A DNA stretch of 64,000 nt from Scenedesmus sp. PABB004 (Eukaryota). The notes beneath the pieces were generated by a model. The model was not told the DNA's origin. It did not search any database and was given only the letters and a program-made list of their open reading frames with translations. The translations under genes were made by a program, and so were the position numbers. Where the stretch lies: NCBI GenBank assembly GCA_014905635.1, contig JABVCE010000007.1:806001-870000 (forward strand), read 5' to 3'. This document shows positions 1 through 12,436 of this stretch, piece after piece; the first letter of the stretch is position 1; every line of letters begins with the position of its first letter.

Positions 1-85
1 CCCCGATCCACAAAACGCTGCGCTCGGTGCGCCCGCTGCTGCGGCGGCTGGCTGGCTGCAGCTGCAGCCGCCGCGCGCGCCGCGC

Positions 86-978
86 TCAGGAGGAGCTGGT
101 GCTGCTGCCGCCGAACGCGGGCTCGCGCGCCGACTCGCTGCCGCCCAGCGCCGACCGGGCCGCGCGGCTGACCAGGCGCTGCGCGTGCCGCATCTTCTCC
201 TCCCACTGCTCAAAGAGGGCCATCTCAACCTCCAGCGGGCTGGGGGCCGCGCCGCCGCCTGGGGCGACCGCGTGCGCCGCCGGCGCCGCCTCCGGATCCG
301 CGCCGCCGCCGGGCTGCGCGCCGCCGGCCGGCGGGGTGGGTGCCGGGCGCCCGCCCTCGCCGCTGCCGGCGCTGTGGATGCTGCCCCCGCTGACGCCGCT
401 GTCGGCGCCACCCAGCGCCCCGCTGCTGGGCGTGGCCTGCGCCGCCGGCGTGCCGTCGAGCAGCGCCTGCAGCGCCAGCGCCGCGGCGGCCTGGCCGCCG
501 CTGGGCTGGGCCGGGCTTGCCGGCGCGGGCGTCGGGCCAGGCGCGGCGGGCAGGGCAGACGCGGAGCCGCCGGCGCCGCCACCGCCGCCGGGCCCGCCCC
601 CGCCCTCACACGCCCCCAGTGCGTCCGCCAGGGCCGCCACCTCCGCCTCGCTCAGGCCCGCCAGCAGCTCCATCGCTGCCTCGTGCGCCGGCGGCGCCGG
701 CGGCACGAGCGCGAGCGCGGGCGCGGGCACAGGCACGAGTGCGGGCGCGGGCGCGAGCGGCAGCAGGGGCTGGGCCGGCAGCGGCGGGGGCACAGCCAGC
801 CCTGCACCGCCGGCCAGGGCCGCCAGCGCGCCAGGCAGGGCTCCCGCGGGCGGCGCGAGCGCGAGTGGCGCCTCCGCTGCCGCCACCGCCGGGCCCAGCA
901 GCAACGCGAACAGGTTGGCGCGCTGCCGCGCCTGCTGCTCCTGCTGCAGGCGCTGCTGCAGGCGCTGCTGCAGCTGCA

Positions 979-1019
<41 letters not shown>

Positions 1020-3654
1020 AGCTGCTGCTGCTGCTGCAGCTGCTGCTGCTGCTGCATGTACTGCAGAAGGAGCGGCAGCGAGCCCCCGCCGGCACCCGGG
1101 GCTGGCGGCAGGTGCGGCGCCGCCACGGCGCCCGCGCCCTGGGGCGCGGCGCCGCTGCCGCCAGACGCCATCAGCCCGGTGAGCGCGCCCAGGCCCGGCC
1201 CGCCGCCGCCGCCCGGCAGCAGCCGCCCAGGCGCGGCGGCGGCCGGCGCCCCGGGCACAAAGATGTTCGCGCACTGGGCCACAAAGTGCAGCGCCCGGTC
1301 GGGCGCGAGGCCGTCCCTGACGAGCTGAGCCACGATGTCGGGCGCGTCGCCCGCGGCCGGCATCAGCGCGGCCGTCATGGCCACAACGGCCGCCGCCTGG
1401 TCGGCCGCCGCCTGGTCGGCCGCCGCCGCGGCCGCCGCCTCGGCCTCAGCCTCGGCCTGCTCCGCCGCCTCGGCCGCCGCCACCGCCTCGGCCGCCGCCG
1501 CCGCCGCCGCCTGGCGCTCCGCCTCGACCGCCGTGATAAAGCGGCCGTGCGCGTCGCGCCGCAGCTCCTGCGCCTTGCTGCGCCCGCGCCCGCGCCCGCG
1601 CCCACGGCGCTGGCCGCCGGGTGCGCCCGCCGCGCGACCGCACTCGCCGGCGCCGGGCTCGCGTCCGAAGCTGGCAAAGCAGGCGGCCTCCTCCTGCTCC
1701 TGGTCAGCGCGCTGCTCCATGTCCCTGGACTGGCCCTCACTCTCAATGCGCTCGCGGCGCATCGCCTGCAGCACCTCGGCGACCTCCGCGTCCGCCTCGG
1801 TGTCCGCCTCGGCGTCCGCCTCGGTGACCGCCTCAGCCGACTCTGTGCCGCCCGCGGCGCGGCCGGGCGGCGGGGCCGCGCCGCCCTGCCGCGGCGAGCC
1901 GTCGGACGCCGCCGCGGCCGCTGGGGCGGCCACCGGCTCCTCGCCGCCGGCGCCGCCCGACGGCTGGGGCTGCTCGGTGGCGCTCGCCGCGCCGGCCGGG
2001 CTCGGCGCCCAGTCCATGGCCGCCTCGCCCACGTCCTCCAGCCGCGCGGCCACCGGCGGCGCCGCCGCCGGCGGCAGCGCGGTCAGGTCAGGCATGGGCG
2101 CGCCCTCGAACACCGCCGCCAGCGCGGCGGCGGCGCGCCCCGTGGCGGTGCTCAGGTCCGGCGTGCGCTGGCGGCGGCGCTGGCGCGGGCTGTCGGCGTC
2201 GCTGTCGCCAGCCAGCAGGTCGCGCCAGCGCCTGATGCGGCGGCCGGCGGGCGGCAACGTTCGGCGCGGCACGCGCGCAGGCGACGCGGGCGCGGCGCCG
2301 GAGCGCGCGCGCCGCCGCGCAGCGCGGCCGCCCACCTGGACTCCGCCGCCTTGCGCTTGGGCCGCGGCGCGGCGGGGCCGCCGGCCGCGGCGGAGGCCGC
2401 GGCGGCCGCGGCGCCCGCGTCGGCCTCGCCGTCGTCGCTGGACGAGTCGCCGCGCGGCGCGCGGCGCGGCGCGGCGCCCGGCGCCCGGACCCTGGCCCTG
2501 GCCCTGGCGGGGGCGGCCGCCGCGGCGCCGCCGGGCGGGCTGGTGGGGCGGCGCTGGCGGGGGTCGCTCAGGTAGGTCTGGATGTCGAAGTTGGTCTTGG
2601 CTGCGGGGCGGCGGGCGGGCGGGCGGGCGTTGCTTGGTGGCGGGCGCGCGTCTGTGGCGGGCGCTCGTCTGTGGCGGGCGCGCCAGCGCACGCGCGCAGG
2701 CGACCAGCGGCGCGGCGGCCGAGGCGCGGGCGCGCACCCGCGGCGCCCTTGAGCTCCACCAGCTTGCGGTCGTAGGCCACGCCGGCCTCCTCGGGCGTGT
2801 CAAAGTAGCTGCGGCGCGCGTGCGGGCGCAGCGGGCGGGCGCAGCGGGCGGGCGGGGCGGGCGGTCGGGGCGGGCGGTCGGGGCGGGCGGTCGGGGGGTG
2901 CCCAGGCACGCCACGGGCGGCGCCAGCGCGCGGGAGGGCGCGCAGGCCCGGGCCGCGGCGCCGGCGCGGCGAAGCTCACCCGTTGAAGATCTGCGGGGCG
3001 CGACGCGGCGCGGGGGTGTCGGTGGCGGCGGCGGCGCGGCGCGGCGCGGCGTGCGCGCGCAGGCAGCGCAGGCGAGCGCGCGGGCGCGAGAGCGGGGCGC
3101 GCGGAGCGGCGACGCACCTTGCGGTTCTGGTAGCCCAGCTGGCTGCGCCAGCGCGACGTCTTGCGGTCCCAGAACACGCCCCTGGGGGCGCGCCGCGGCG
3201 GCGCGTGGGGCGCGCGGGCGCGCCCGCGCAAGCGGGGCGGCGGCGCCGGCCAGCCGCCGCGAGGTGCGACGTGAGCGCGGCGCTCTCACTTGAGCGCGCT
3301 CTTGGCGGGCGGGGCCTTGTGGCCCTTTCTCTTCTTCTTGGCAGGCTTGTCGGCGCCGGCGCCGCCAGCCGCCGCGGCCGCGGCCGCGGCCGCCGCGGGG
3401 TCGCCGCTGTCGCCGCCAGCCGCCGCCGCGGCCGCGGCAGCCGCGGGGTCGCCGCCGTCGCCGGACGCGGGCGCGGGCGCGGGCGGCGCGGCGTCGCCCG
3501 TCGCCAGCGGCGGCGAGCCGCCGTCGGCCGCCGCCTCCGCCAGCGCGGGCGGCGGCGGGGCGGCCGGCGCGGGCCCGTCCCCCGGCGGCGCGGGCGGGAC
3601 GGGCCCGCCGCCGTCCCCGGGCGGCGACGCGGTGCCGCCGCTCGGGGCGCTCAT
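86..3654 (-). CDS. AP2-domain transcription factor (multi-exon) with long low-complexity, poly-Q C-terminus
   Basis: Exons 3654-3290, 3181-3118, 2990-2980, 2808-~2739 and ~2601 onward splice at GT-AG junctions to SALKGVFWDRKTSRWRSQLGYQNRKIFNGYFDTPEEAGVAYDRKLVELKGAAAKTNF, an AP2 domain. Basic NLS-like KKKRK upstream; TGA at 86-88. Confidence 0.85.
931..1055 (-). repeat. (CAG)n poly-glutamine tract in the AP2 gene
   Basis: (ctg)n on the + strand; encodes QQQQQQLQQQQQLQQQ... on the - strand. Confidence 0.9.
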
Positions 3655-4340
3655 GGTGCACGTTCCCAGGCGCTGCGAGGCTTGTTGCCGGCGCGCGCGG
3701 GCGGGCCTGCGGCGCGCGGCGCGGCGCGCGGGCGAGCAGCGGCGGCGGGTGAGCAGCGCGCGCGCGGCGCGGCGCGGCGCGGGGGCGCGTGCGCAGCGCG
3801 GGGCGGCGTCGTCGCGACGGGCGTGATCGGCCGGCGTGAGGGGGAGGAGCGGTGGGCGCCCAGGGCCGCGCGGGCTCGTTCGCCTCGCGAGCAGCTGCGC
3901 GCGCCCCCGCGGCACGCGCGCCACGGGGCGGCCAGCGCGCCCGCGCGCCCGCCCGGAGCCCCGGAAGAAGCCCCCAAGCGCCCTTGCGAGCCCACCTGGC
4001 GGCAGACCCGGGCGTGCGCCCGCCAAGGGGGCCCGCCGGCACTTTCGAGCGGCCGCGCGGGCTGGCCGCGTCGGTGTGATCGCGGCGACGCGCACCCGGG
4101 AGTGTCGCTCCTGGCGGGCCGCGGCGCGGCGCCGACCGCGCGAGCCGAACGCGCGTCACGCCCGGTGACAAGCGGGTCCTCCAACCCCCGCGCACTGCCC
4201 GACCGCGCCCGACCGCCCCGCGGCGCCCCGGCCCGCACAAGACGGCGCGCGGGGCGGCGGCGCCGGCCGGTGCCGCGGCGAACCCCGCTGCTGCTGCTGC
4301 GCGCGCTGCGAGCGCACCGCCCGGCCGGTGCCGCCGTCGC

Positions 4341-5283
4341 TCACTTGGGGTACCTGAACCCCGGCAGCCCCACGTCAGCCTTGCTGCTCACGCGCTGCCG
4401 CGCCGCCCAGGCGGCGAAGCGCGCGATGCCCTCGTGCTGCGGCGCGCGGCGTGCGCTGCGGGGTCGCGGGCCGTGGCGCGCCAGGCGCGGCGGCGCCGGC
4501 CGCGCGGCGCAGCGCGCCGCGCTCACCGCCTGCAGCGCCTGCAGCGTGCTGTAGCTGGCGGCGAGCTCCCGGTTGCTCGGCACGGCGCGGTGAATCGCCG
4601 AGTGGCACGGGCGGCAGACGAGCACGCCGGCGTGCAGCTGCGCCGGCGGCACGCCCTTGGCCTTGAGCTCGCGATGCACGTCCCTTTGACACCGCAGCGG
4701 CGGCGGCGGCGGCGCGCTGCGCGTGGGCGCGCCGCCGGGCGCGGCGCGGCGCGGCCGGCCCCGCGGTCAAACCCCCTCACCGTGGGATGAGGTGGTGCTT
4801 GGTGAGCGGCATGTCGCGGCCGCACAGCGCGCACAGCCCGTCCTCCTCGCCGGCGCGCCGCGCGGTCGCCGCGGCGGCGAGGCCAGCCAGCCCGTCGAGC
4901 AGCTTGCACGCAAACGCGGCGACCTCGTCCGACTCCACGTCCACGAACGAGTCGCACAGCAGCGGCGCGAGCCGGCCCGCGAGCTCCTGCGCCGCCGCTG
5001 TGGGCGGCGGCGCGTCGCCGGCGCCGGCGTCGGTGCCGCCGCAAGCGGCGGGCCCGCGGCCGCGGCGCGACTCGCGGGGCCGCCGCGCAGGCGGCGCCGG
5101 TGCCGTGCCGCCGCCGCCGCTGTCGGCCGCCGCGACGTGGCGGTCAACCAGCGCCGCGACGTCGGGCGCGAGCGCGAGCAGGCCCGCCCCCTCAGCCTCG
5201 TCAGCCGCGGCGTCGCGCTCGGGCCCGCCGGCCGCGAGAGCTCCTGCTGGCGCGGCGGTCAGCTCTGCGACGAGCGATTCCAT
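4341..5283 (-). CDS. HNH-like zinc-binding protein (YisB-like), 3 exons
   Basis: Spliced product contains CALCGRDMPLTKHHLIPRDVH...VCRPCHSAIH...NRELA (CxxC...HH...CxxCH). ATG at 5283, TGA at 4341. Confidence 0.75.
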
Positions 5284-5584
5284 CACGAACTCCCTGCTCC
5301 AGGCGTGCGCGGGCGGCGTCTGCTGGAGGCGGCGTCGCGTGCACGTGGCTGGGAGGCAGCGCCTGCGCGCATCGGCCGGCGGCAGAGCTGCGCCACTGCG
5401 CTGCTGCTGCGCAGCGAGCCGGGCGCAACTGGGCGAGGCCTCCCTGAAACGGAGCGATGGGGACGCTGTGGCGACAGTGGAAGCGCTCCCGGGCCGGGCG
5501 GCAGCCCACCGGCGGCGCAGCAGCCGCGCGGTCTGAGCGTCACGCGAACAACATGACTGATTTGCCACGGCGCCTGCAGCTGGA

Positions 5585-5770
5585 TCACTGCCGCCGCTTG
5601 CCCAGCACGCCGCCGCCGCCGCGGCCGCGGCCGCGCCGCACGATGCGCCGCACGGGCGGCGGGTCGTCGTCGGGCTCGTCGTCGTTGGGCGCCGGCAGCG
5701 GCGCGCCGTGCGGGTCGAGGCCCGGCTCCTGCGTCTGCGTCTGCGTCTGCGTCAGCGTCTGCGTCTGCAC

Positions 5771-5839
<69 letters not shown>

Positions 5840-7470
5840 ACCCTGCGTCTGCGTCTGACCCTGCGTCTGACCCTGCGCCTGCTGCTGCGGCGGCGGCGGC
5901 GGCTCGTGCAGCGGCGGCTGCCCCGCCAGCACGCCCCGAGCGCCGCCAGCAGCGCGTCCTGCTTCGCGTCCAGCGCGCCCTGCTGCGAGCGCAGGCGCTG
6001 CAGCACCGCCTCGTGCCTGCTCAGCGGCCGGCCGCGCGGTCGCCTGCCGCCGCCGCTGCCGCCGGGCGCGAGCGCGCCGCCGCTGCCCGCGGGCGCGAGC
6101 GCGCCGCCGCCGCTGCCGCCCGGGCGCTCGACCGCCGCCGGGCCGCCCGCGGCCTGCGCAAAGGCGCTGCCCGCCTGCCCGGCCGCCGCGTCGCCCGCGT
6201 CGCCGCCGCGCGGCCGCCGCGCTGGCGGCGGCGCGTCGGGGCCTGTGATGGCCAGCGTCCCGCTGCTGGGCAGGCGAGTGAGCACCGCGCCCGCGCCGGC
6301 CGCCGTGCCCCGGCCTCCGCGCCCCAGCCCTCGAGCGCGCAGAGGTCCGCCAGCGCGTCGCCGAGCGCGGCGCGGCGCGCGCCCGCGAGCTCCTGCAGGC
6401 GCTGCGCGCCGCGCTCCGCGGCGGCGGCGCGCGCCGAGAGGGCGCCCATCTGCTCCCAGGCCTGCTCGAGCACGGCTGGCGGCAGCAGCGACGGCGGCGG
6501 CGGCAGCGCGCTCGGGGCACGCGCCGGGCGCCAGGTGTCCGGGCACGCGTGCGCGCGCGGCGGCCGCTCCTGTCACCCACCTGTCGCCTGCTCGCCGCCC
6601 TGCTGCGGCTGCATCGCCCCCTCCGGCGGCAGCCTGCGGCAGCGGGTCGCGCGCCAGGATTGGCGGGGCGGCGGGGCGCCGGCGGCGGCACGCGGCGGCC
6701 CAGGCGCGCGGCGGCCCACCTCAGCTGCACGGGCCGCGCGCCCGCGGGCGCGGCCGCGCCGCTGCCGGGCGGCGGCAGCGGCGCGAGGGAGACCAGGTCG
6801 TAGCTGGCGTCCAGGTGCAGGGCGCTGTCCGCGGCGGCGCCTGCGGCGCGCCGGCGGGCGTGCGGTGCGTGTGCGTCCGGGGCGCGCCGCCAGCGGGCGC
6901 GCTCGCGGCCGCGCCGCTCGAGCACGCACCTGCCCACGCGCACGCGAGCGCGGCGCCGCCCACGCACGCGGCGAGCGCCGCGTCCAGCGCGGCGCAGTCG
7001 ATGTCCACCAGTTGCTGCGCGCGGCGCGCGCCGCGCGGAGCGTGGGCGGCAGGCAACGCGCTCGGCGCCAGGCCCCCGCGGCGCTGCACCCCGCCCGGCC
7101 CCCGGGCCGGCCTCGCCTCGAGGACGGCTCTATGCACGTCGTCGAGCGTGAACGCCGTGCGCCACGCGCGGCAGCTGCCGTCGCCCCGCACGCCGAGCGC
7201 CGCGAGCTCGCTGCGGGGGCGCCGCGGCGGCGAGTCGGCGGCGGCGCGCCGGCGCTGCTGCGCGCGCTGCCGCGCCGCCGCTGCTGCGCGCGGCGCCGCG
7301 GCGCCGCTGCTGGGCGTGCTGCCGCCCCCAGCCGCCGCGCCGCGCACGGCGCCGCACTAGGTGGTGGCGGAGAGCGGCTGCGCGGGCGCCTGCTGCACGG
7401 TCACGAAGAGCGCGGCGCCGCCGCCCTGCGCGGGGGGCAGGCGCGCCGCGCGGAGCCAGCCCGTCGCCAT
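5585..7470 (-). CDS. Hypothetical protein (head + coiled coil + QT repeat + basic tail); possibly XRCC4/XLF-like
   Basis: Exons join to MATGWLRAARLP...LFVTV...TTYELAALGVRGDGSCRAWRTAFTLDDVHRAVLEQLVDIDCAALDAAL, followed by helical segments and a (QT)n/acidic/basic tail ending GKRRQ*. Middle exons are uncertain; apparent frameshift near 5935. Confidence 0.5.
5729..5877. repeat. (CTGCGT)n hexamer microsatellite encoding (QT)n on the - strand
   Basis: About 20 tandem ctgcgt units with a few ctgacc variants. Confidence 0.9.
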
Positions 7471-7684
7471 CGCCGCCGGCGCCGTGCTGCGTGCGGGGAG
7501 TGCCTGCTGCCACTGCTGGCTCGCTCGTGCGCTCAAACTGCGTCGCGGCGCGCTGAGACGCGTCACGGCGCCGCCGCTCGAACGACCGGGGCAGCGCGCA
7601 GCTCTGACGCTCTCGGTGCTGCGTTCCCTTCGCCACGCCGGACCGGAGAGCGCAGGCGTGGAGGCGCGGAGGAGAGCGGCAGCG

Positions 7685-8578
7685 ATGCCCGCCGCAGCGG
7701 CGGCGGCGGAGGCGGAGGCCGCGGCGCTGCAGCGCGCCTGGCGCAAGGTGTCGTCCACCGACAACCTGCAGGTGGGCGCGTGCGTGGCTGGTGGGCGCCG
7801 TGTGGCCCCCCGCGCCGGCGAGAGAACGCGCGCACACGTCGCCGCTGCTTCGCCGCAGGCGCTCGCGGCGGACGGCGACGGCGCGGCGGCCGGGGGCAGC
7901 TGCCGCACGCGGCTCATCGGGTGCGCGGCGCGCGGGCCGCCCGAGCCGCTCCAGTCGCGCGCGCGCGCCCCCAGGCCCCCGCTAACCGCCCGCTGCCCGC
8001 TCCAGGGCCGGCATGCTCGGCGCCGCGGCGCTGCTGCTGGCGGCGCTCGCGGCGGTGCTGGTGCGGGGCGGCGCCCGCCCGCCCGCCCAAGCCGCGGCGG
8101 TCCAGGCGTGGCCGCGGCCCGCGCCGCCGTGCCGTGCGACCGCTCGCCGCCCCTCGCCGCGCACGCAGGCGGCCAAGGCGCTGCCGCCCGCGCAGCTGCC
8201 GCCGGCGCTGCTGGCGCTACAGCGCGACGAGTGCGCAGCGCCGAGCGCCGCGGTGCCGCGCTGGCCGCGCTGGCCGCGCGCGCGGGGCAGGCCGCTGGCC
8301 GCTGGGCGCGGCGTCGCGGCCGCGCCGTCGGGCCCCCGCCCGCGCCCACACTTGCCCGCCATGCCCGCCGCCCGCCGGCCAGCTACTACATTTACGTCGC
8401 GCCGCTCACCCTGCCCATGCTGCTGCTGGCGGTGCGGCGGCGCGCGGCGGCGCGGTGCACGCCGCGCGCGGCACGTGGCGAGCGGGCGCGCAGGCTCAGC
8501 TCAGCCGGCGCGCCGCGTGCGCGGTCGCAGGTGACCGTCAACTGGTTCAGCCTGAAGCTCTTCAAGCACAACTCCTGA
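7685..8578 (+). CDS. PIGY: GPI-GlcNAc transferase subunit Y (PIG-Y family) small membrane protein
   Basis: Six short exons give ...LIGAGMLGAAALLLAALAAVL|AAKALPPAQLPPALLALQRDD|YYIYVAPLTLPMLLLA|VTVNWFSLKLFKHNS*, matching the PIG-Y D.YY..vPLTLP...NW.S.K.FKH pattern. Confidence 0.8.
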   Translation: MPAAAAAAEAEAAALQRAWRKVSSTDNLQVGACVAGGRRVAPRAGERTRAHVAAASPQALAADGDGAAAGGSCRTRLIGCAARGPPEPLQSRARAPRPPLTARCPLQGRHARRRGAAAGGARGGAGAGRRPPARPSRGGPGVAAARAAVPCDRSPPLAAHAGGQGAAARAAAAGAAGATARRVRSAERRGAALAALAARAGQAAGRWARRRGRAVGPPPAPTLARHARRPPASYYIYVAPLTLPMLLLAVRRRAAARCTPRAARGERARRLSSAGAPRARSQVTVNWFSLKLFKHNS

Positions 8579-9225
8579 GCGCGCGGTCGCTGCCCGCCAC
8601 ACCAGCGCCGCCGCCACCCATCGCCCTCCGCCAGCCCCGGGCGCGCCCCCGTGCCGCGGCGCCGAGGCCCCCGGCGCACCTTCACCCCCTCCCGCGCAAC
8701 GCCGAGGTGAGCGCCGGGAGGCGGCAAACGGCCTCGGCCTGGCCGCGCGCCCGCCGCCCCGCTCACCCCGCCGCGCGGCGCGCCCGCCGCCGCAGCTCCG
8801 CACGTGCGCCCACGGTCGGCTGCCGGTGCCGCCGCAGCCCCGCGTCGGCGCGCGTCGCCGCGGGGACGCGTGTCGACGCCGAGAGCGGCACACAGGCGCG
8901 CGTTGCGTCGTCGCCGAGAGCGGACAGGCGCCGGCCGCTACTGCCGCCGCCGCCGCCGCGGTGCGCCGGCGTCTGCGGGCAACGTTTGTCGCTCCCTTCG
9001 CACCGCCCAGGCGCCCGCGCGACGGCGCGGGCGGCCACGAAGCGGCGCAGAATAACGGCGGCGGCGGGGACAGCAAAGCAAGGCCCTGACCTGCAAAAAA
9101 CCAGCCGCACGGTGCCGCCTGGCCGCGCCGCCCGCACGCACACTCGCCGCCGCCCGCCCAGACGCCAGCCGCGCGCCGCACGCGACGCGCCCCACCCCAG
9201 CCGCGGGCGTCGATCCATCAGCAGC

Positions 9226-11783
9226 ATGGCGCGCGCCGCGCTGGCGCTGGCCTGCCTGGCCCTGCTGGGCCTGGCCAGCGCGGAGGTTCTCTTCGAGGAG
9301 AAGTTTGACGGTGAGCGGGCGGCCATGCGCGCGCGGGGGCGGCCCCAACCTTCTTCTGGAAGGCCCGGCGTTCGGTTGGCCCGCCGCGGCGCGCCCGGCC
9401 GGCCACGTCGCGCGATCGCGGGCCGTGCCGGCGTGTGGGCGGCTCCTGGGACGCTCGCGCGCGGCGGCCGCCCGATCTGAGCCCGCGCGCGCCGCCTGGG
9501 CACGCCATCACGCCCGCCGACCAGCCGGCTGGGACAAGCGGTGGCAGAAGAGCAGCTGGAAGGAGAAGGAGGGCAGCGCAGCCGAGTTCAAGCACACAGC
9601 CGGCAAGTGGTACGGCGACGAGGAGGCGGACAAGGGCATCCAGACGTCCACCGACTCCAAGTACTACGCGCTCTACTCAGAGCTCAAGAAGCCCTACACC
9701 AACAAGGACAAGGAGCTGGTCCTCCAGGTGGGCCCGCCGCCGGCGCCGGCGGGGCGCCGCGGCGCGGCCGGGGAGTGCACAGGGCGGGGCGCGCGCGCCG
9801 CGCGCGCCGCGCGCCGCCGCTGCTCACGCCCGCCCGCCGCCCGCGCGCGCGCGCCGCCCCCGTCAGTTCTCGGCCAAGCATGAGCAGGAGCTCGACTGCG
9901 GCGGCGGCTACATCAAGCTGCTGCCCGCGTCGAGGTGCGCGCCGCCGCCGCGCGGCCCCGCCCCCTCTCCCTCCCTCCCTCTCCGTCCCTCCCTCTTCCC
10001 GCCGCCCGCCGCCTGCTCCCTCCCCACCCCCTCCCAACCCCCCGCCGCCCCCCCCCCCCCCCTGCTCCCTCTCCCTCACCCGCGCGCAGCAAGAGCAAGA
10101 TGAAGGACTTTGGCGGCGACACGCCGTACAGCGTGATGTTTGGCCCCGACATCTGCGGCTACTCCACGCGCAAGACGCACGTCATCCTCACCTACAACGG
10201 CAAGAACCACCTGGTGCGCCTGGCCGCGCCCGCGCCACACGTACTGCGCCGCCCCTGGCCGCGCCGGCGCCCGCGGTCGTGCGCGAGGGACGCGTCAGGG
10301 ATGTGCGCTGACGCATGTGTGGGGCCGCGCCGCTGCCGCCGCTGCCTGCGGGGCGCGCGCGCAGGTGAAGAAGGACATCAAGTGCGAGAGCGACCAGCTG
10401 ACGCACGTCTACACGCTGCGCCTCATGCCCAACAACACCTACGAGGTGGGCGCCGCGCCACTCACCCCCCCCCCCCCCCCGCGCCGCCGCCGGCGGCCCC
10501 GCCGCGTGCGCCTCGGCCGCTCGCCTACCGCCGCCGCAGCGCTCACCTGCCCGCGCGGCCGCCCGCGCGCCCGCCCGCCCATGCCCTCGCCCGCCAGGTG
10601 TACATTGACGCCAAGCAGGTTGAGACCGGCTCCCTCTACGACGACTTTGACATGCTCGCGCCCAAGAAGATCAAGGTGCGGCCCGCCCGCGCCCCCGCGC
10701 CTGCTTGTCGCGCGCACGCGCGCGCGCCGCACGCACGCGCCGCGCGCCGGCCGTTCGCGCGCCGTCGGCGGCGGGCGAGGGAGGGAACGGCCGGCGGCAG
10801 CGGCGGCGCGCCCACGCCGCGTCGTCCGCCGCCGTGGCACCGCGTGCGCGGCCGCGCAGGACCCCAAGGCCACCAAGCCCGAGGACTGGGACGAGCGCGA
10901 GAAGATCGCCGACCCCAAGGACAAGAAGCCCAAGGGCTGGGACGACATCCCCGCGACCATCGTCGACCCCGGTGCGCCCGCGGCGCGGCGGGGCAGCCCG
11001 CGGGGCGGCGCACGCGGGCGGCCGGCGCGCGCGGCGGCGCGCGCGGGCGGCGGCGCTCACGCGCCCCCGCGCGCCGCGCGCCGCGCAGAGGCGAAGAAGC
11101 CGGAGGACTGGAGCGACGAGGACGACGGCGAGTGGGAGGCGCCGACGATCCCCAACCCCGAGTACAAGGGCGAGTGGAAGCCCAAGATGTGAGCCGCGCC
11201 CGCCGGCGGCCGCTCGCCCTCCGCTCGCTCGCCCTCCTTCCCCCCTTACACACGCACCTCACACCTCTCACACACCTCACACACCGCCCACCCGCCCGCT
11301 CACACCCATGCCCCCGCTCACACCCACCACCTCCCACCCGCCAGGATTGACAACCCCAAGTACAAGGGCATCTGGGTCGCGCCCGACATCGACAACCCCG
11401 ACTACAAGCACGACGACCTGCTCTACCTGCAGAAGGACATCAAGTACATCGGCTTCGAGCTCTGGCAGGCGCGTGCCGGGGGCCGCCTCGCGCGGCGGGC
11501 GCGGCGGGCGCGGCGCGGCGGGCGCGGCGGCAGGGCACGCGGCGGCGGGGCGCGCGGCGCGGCGCAGAGGCGTCGCGCGGCGGCTGCGTGGCGGAAAGCT
11601 GAACCCTGAGCCCTCGCGCCGCCGTGCCCCGTCCCCGCTGCCCCGCGCGCGCAGGTGAAGAGCGGCTCGATCTTTGACAACATCCTGGTGACCGACGACC
11701 TCGCCGAGGCGCTCAAGTTTGCCGAGGACACCTGGGGCAAGACCAAGGACGGCGAGAAGGCGATGTTCGACGAGGCCAAGAAG

Positions 11784-11846
<63 letters not shown>

Positions 11847-12108
11847 AGGGCCGGGCGCGGCGGCGGGCCTGCCGCGGCGGCGGCGGCGGCAGCTGCGTGC
11901 GCGCGAGCCGGCGCTCACGGGCTGCGCCGCGCGCGCGCGCACGCAGGCCGAGAAGGCGGCGGCGGACGCGAAGAAGGCGGACGACGACGCCAAGGGCGGC
12001 GCGGACGACGACGACGAGTACGAGACCGAGGACGACGACGCCGACAAGAAGGCCGCGCCCAAGGCCGCGCTCGCGGACGACGACGAGGACGACAAGGACG
12101 AGCTCTGA
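9226..12108 (+). CDS. CRT: Calreticulin
   Basis: Signal peptide; [26 protein letters not shown]-domain repeats ([28 protein letters not shown]); [18 protein letters not shown]; acidic tail ending KDEL*. Confidence 0.97.
11784..11845. repeat. (GT)n microsatellite at the 5' end of the last calreticulin intron
   Basis: GTGC followed by about 29 GT units, starting at the donor site. Confidence 0.95.
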
Positions 12109-12431
12109 GCGGCGCGCTGAGCGGCGGGCCGCGGCGGCGCGAGCGTGTGCCGCGGCGGGGGCCGGGGGCGCGCGGCGCGCGGCGTGTCCGGGCGCAACGC
12201 TGCGCAGCGCCGGAACCATGGTCCCGAGGCGGCGCGCGGGGCGGGGCGGCCGCGGCGCCAGCTGCAGCGGCAGCTGCGGCGCGCGGCCGCGGCGGGCGAG
12301 CGGGGCGGGGGCTCTGTGAAGAGGAGGGGTGCGGCACGCGTGATTGCGGGGGTGCGAGCGTGCTGCCCGCGCCGCCGCCGGGCGGCGCTGGTGCGCGGCC
12401 GGCCGCGGCGGCGGGGGCGCGAGGGCGCGGC

Positions 12432-12436
12432 TGTAA
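12432..12436 (+). promoter_or_regulatory. Chlorophyte polyadenylation signal TGTAA (calreticulin 3' UTR)
   Basis: TGTAA about 320 nt after the CRT stop. UGUAA is the established major poly(A) signal in Chlamydomonas-type algae. Confidence 0.65.

Noticed and set aside
27..1328. Poly-Cys protein on the + strand
   Set aside because: It is the antisense reading of the AP2 gene's CAG/poly-Q tract.
4341..5283. HNH gene as a homing endonuclease or mobile element
   Set aside because: It has ordinary spliceosomal introns, no terminal repeats or host intron, and resembles cellular YisB-like proteins.
7357..7359. Apparent in-frame TAG suggesting readthrough or an altered genetic code
   Set aside because: It spans a splice donor (TA|GTGCGG), and splicing gives TAC (Tyr). 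TAG is used as a true stop in PFK, GNA1 and MBB1.
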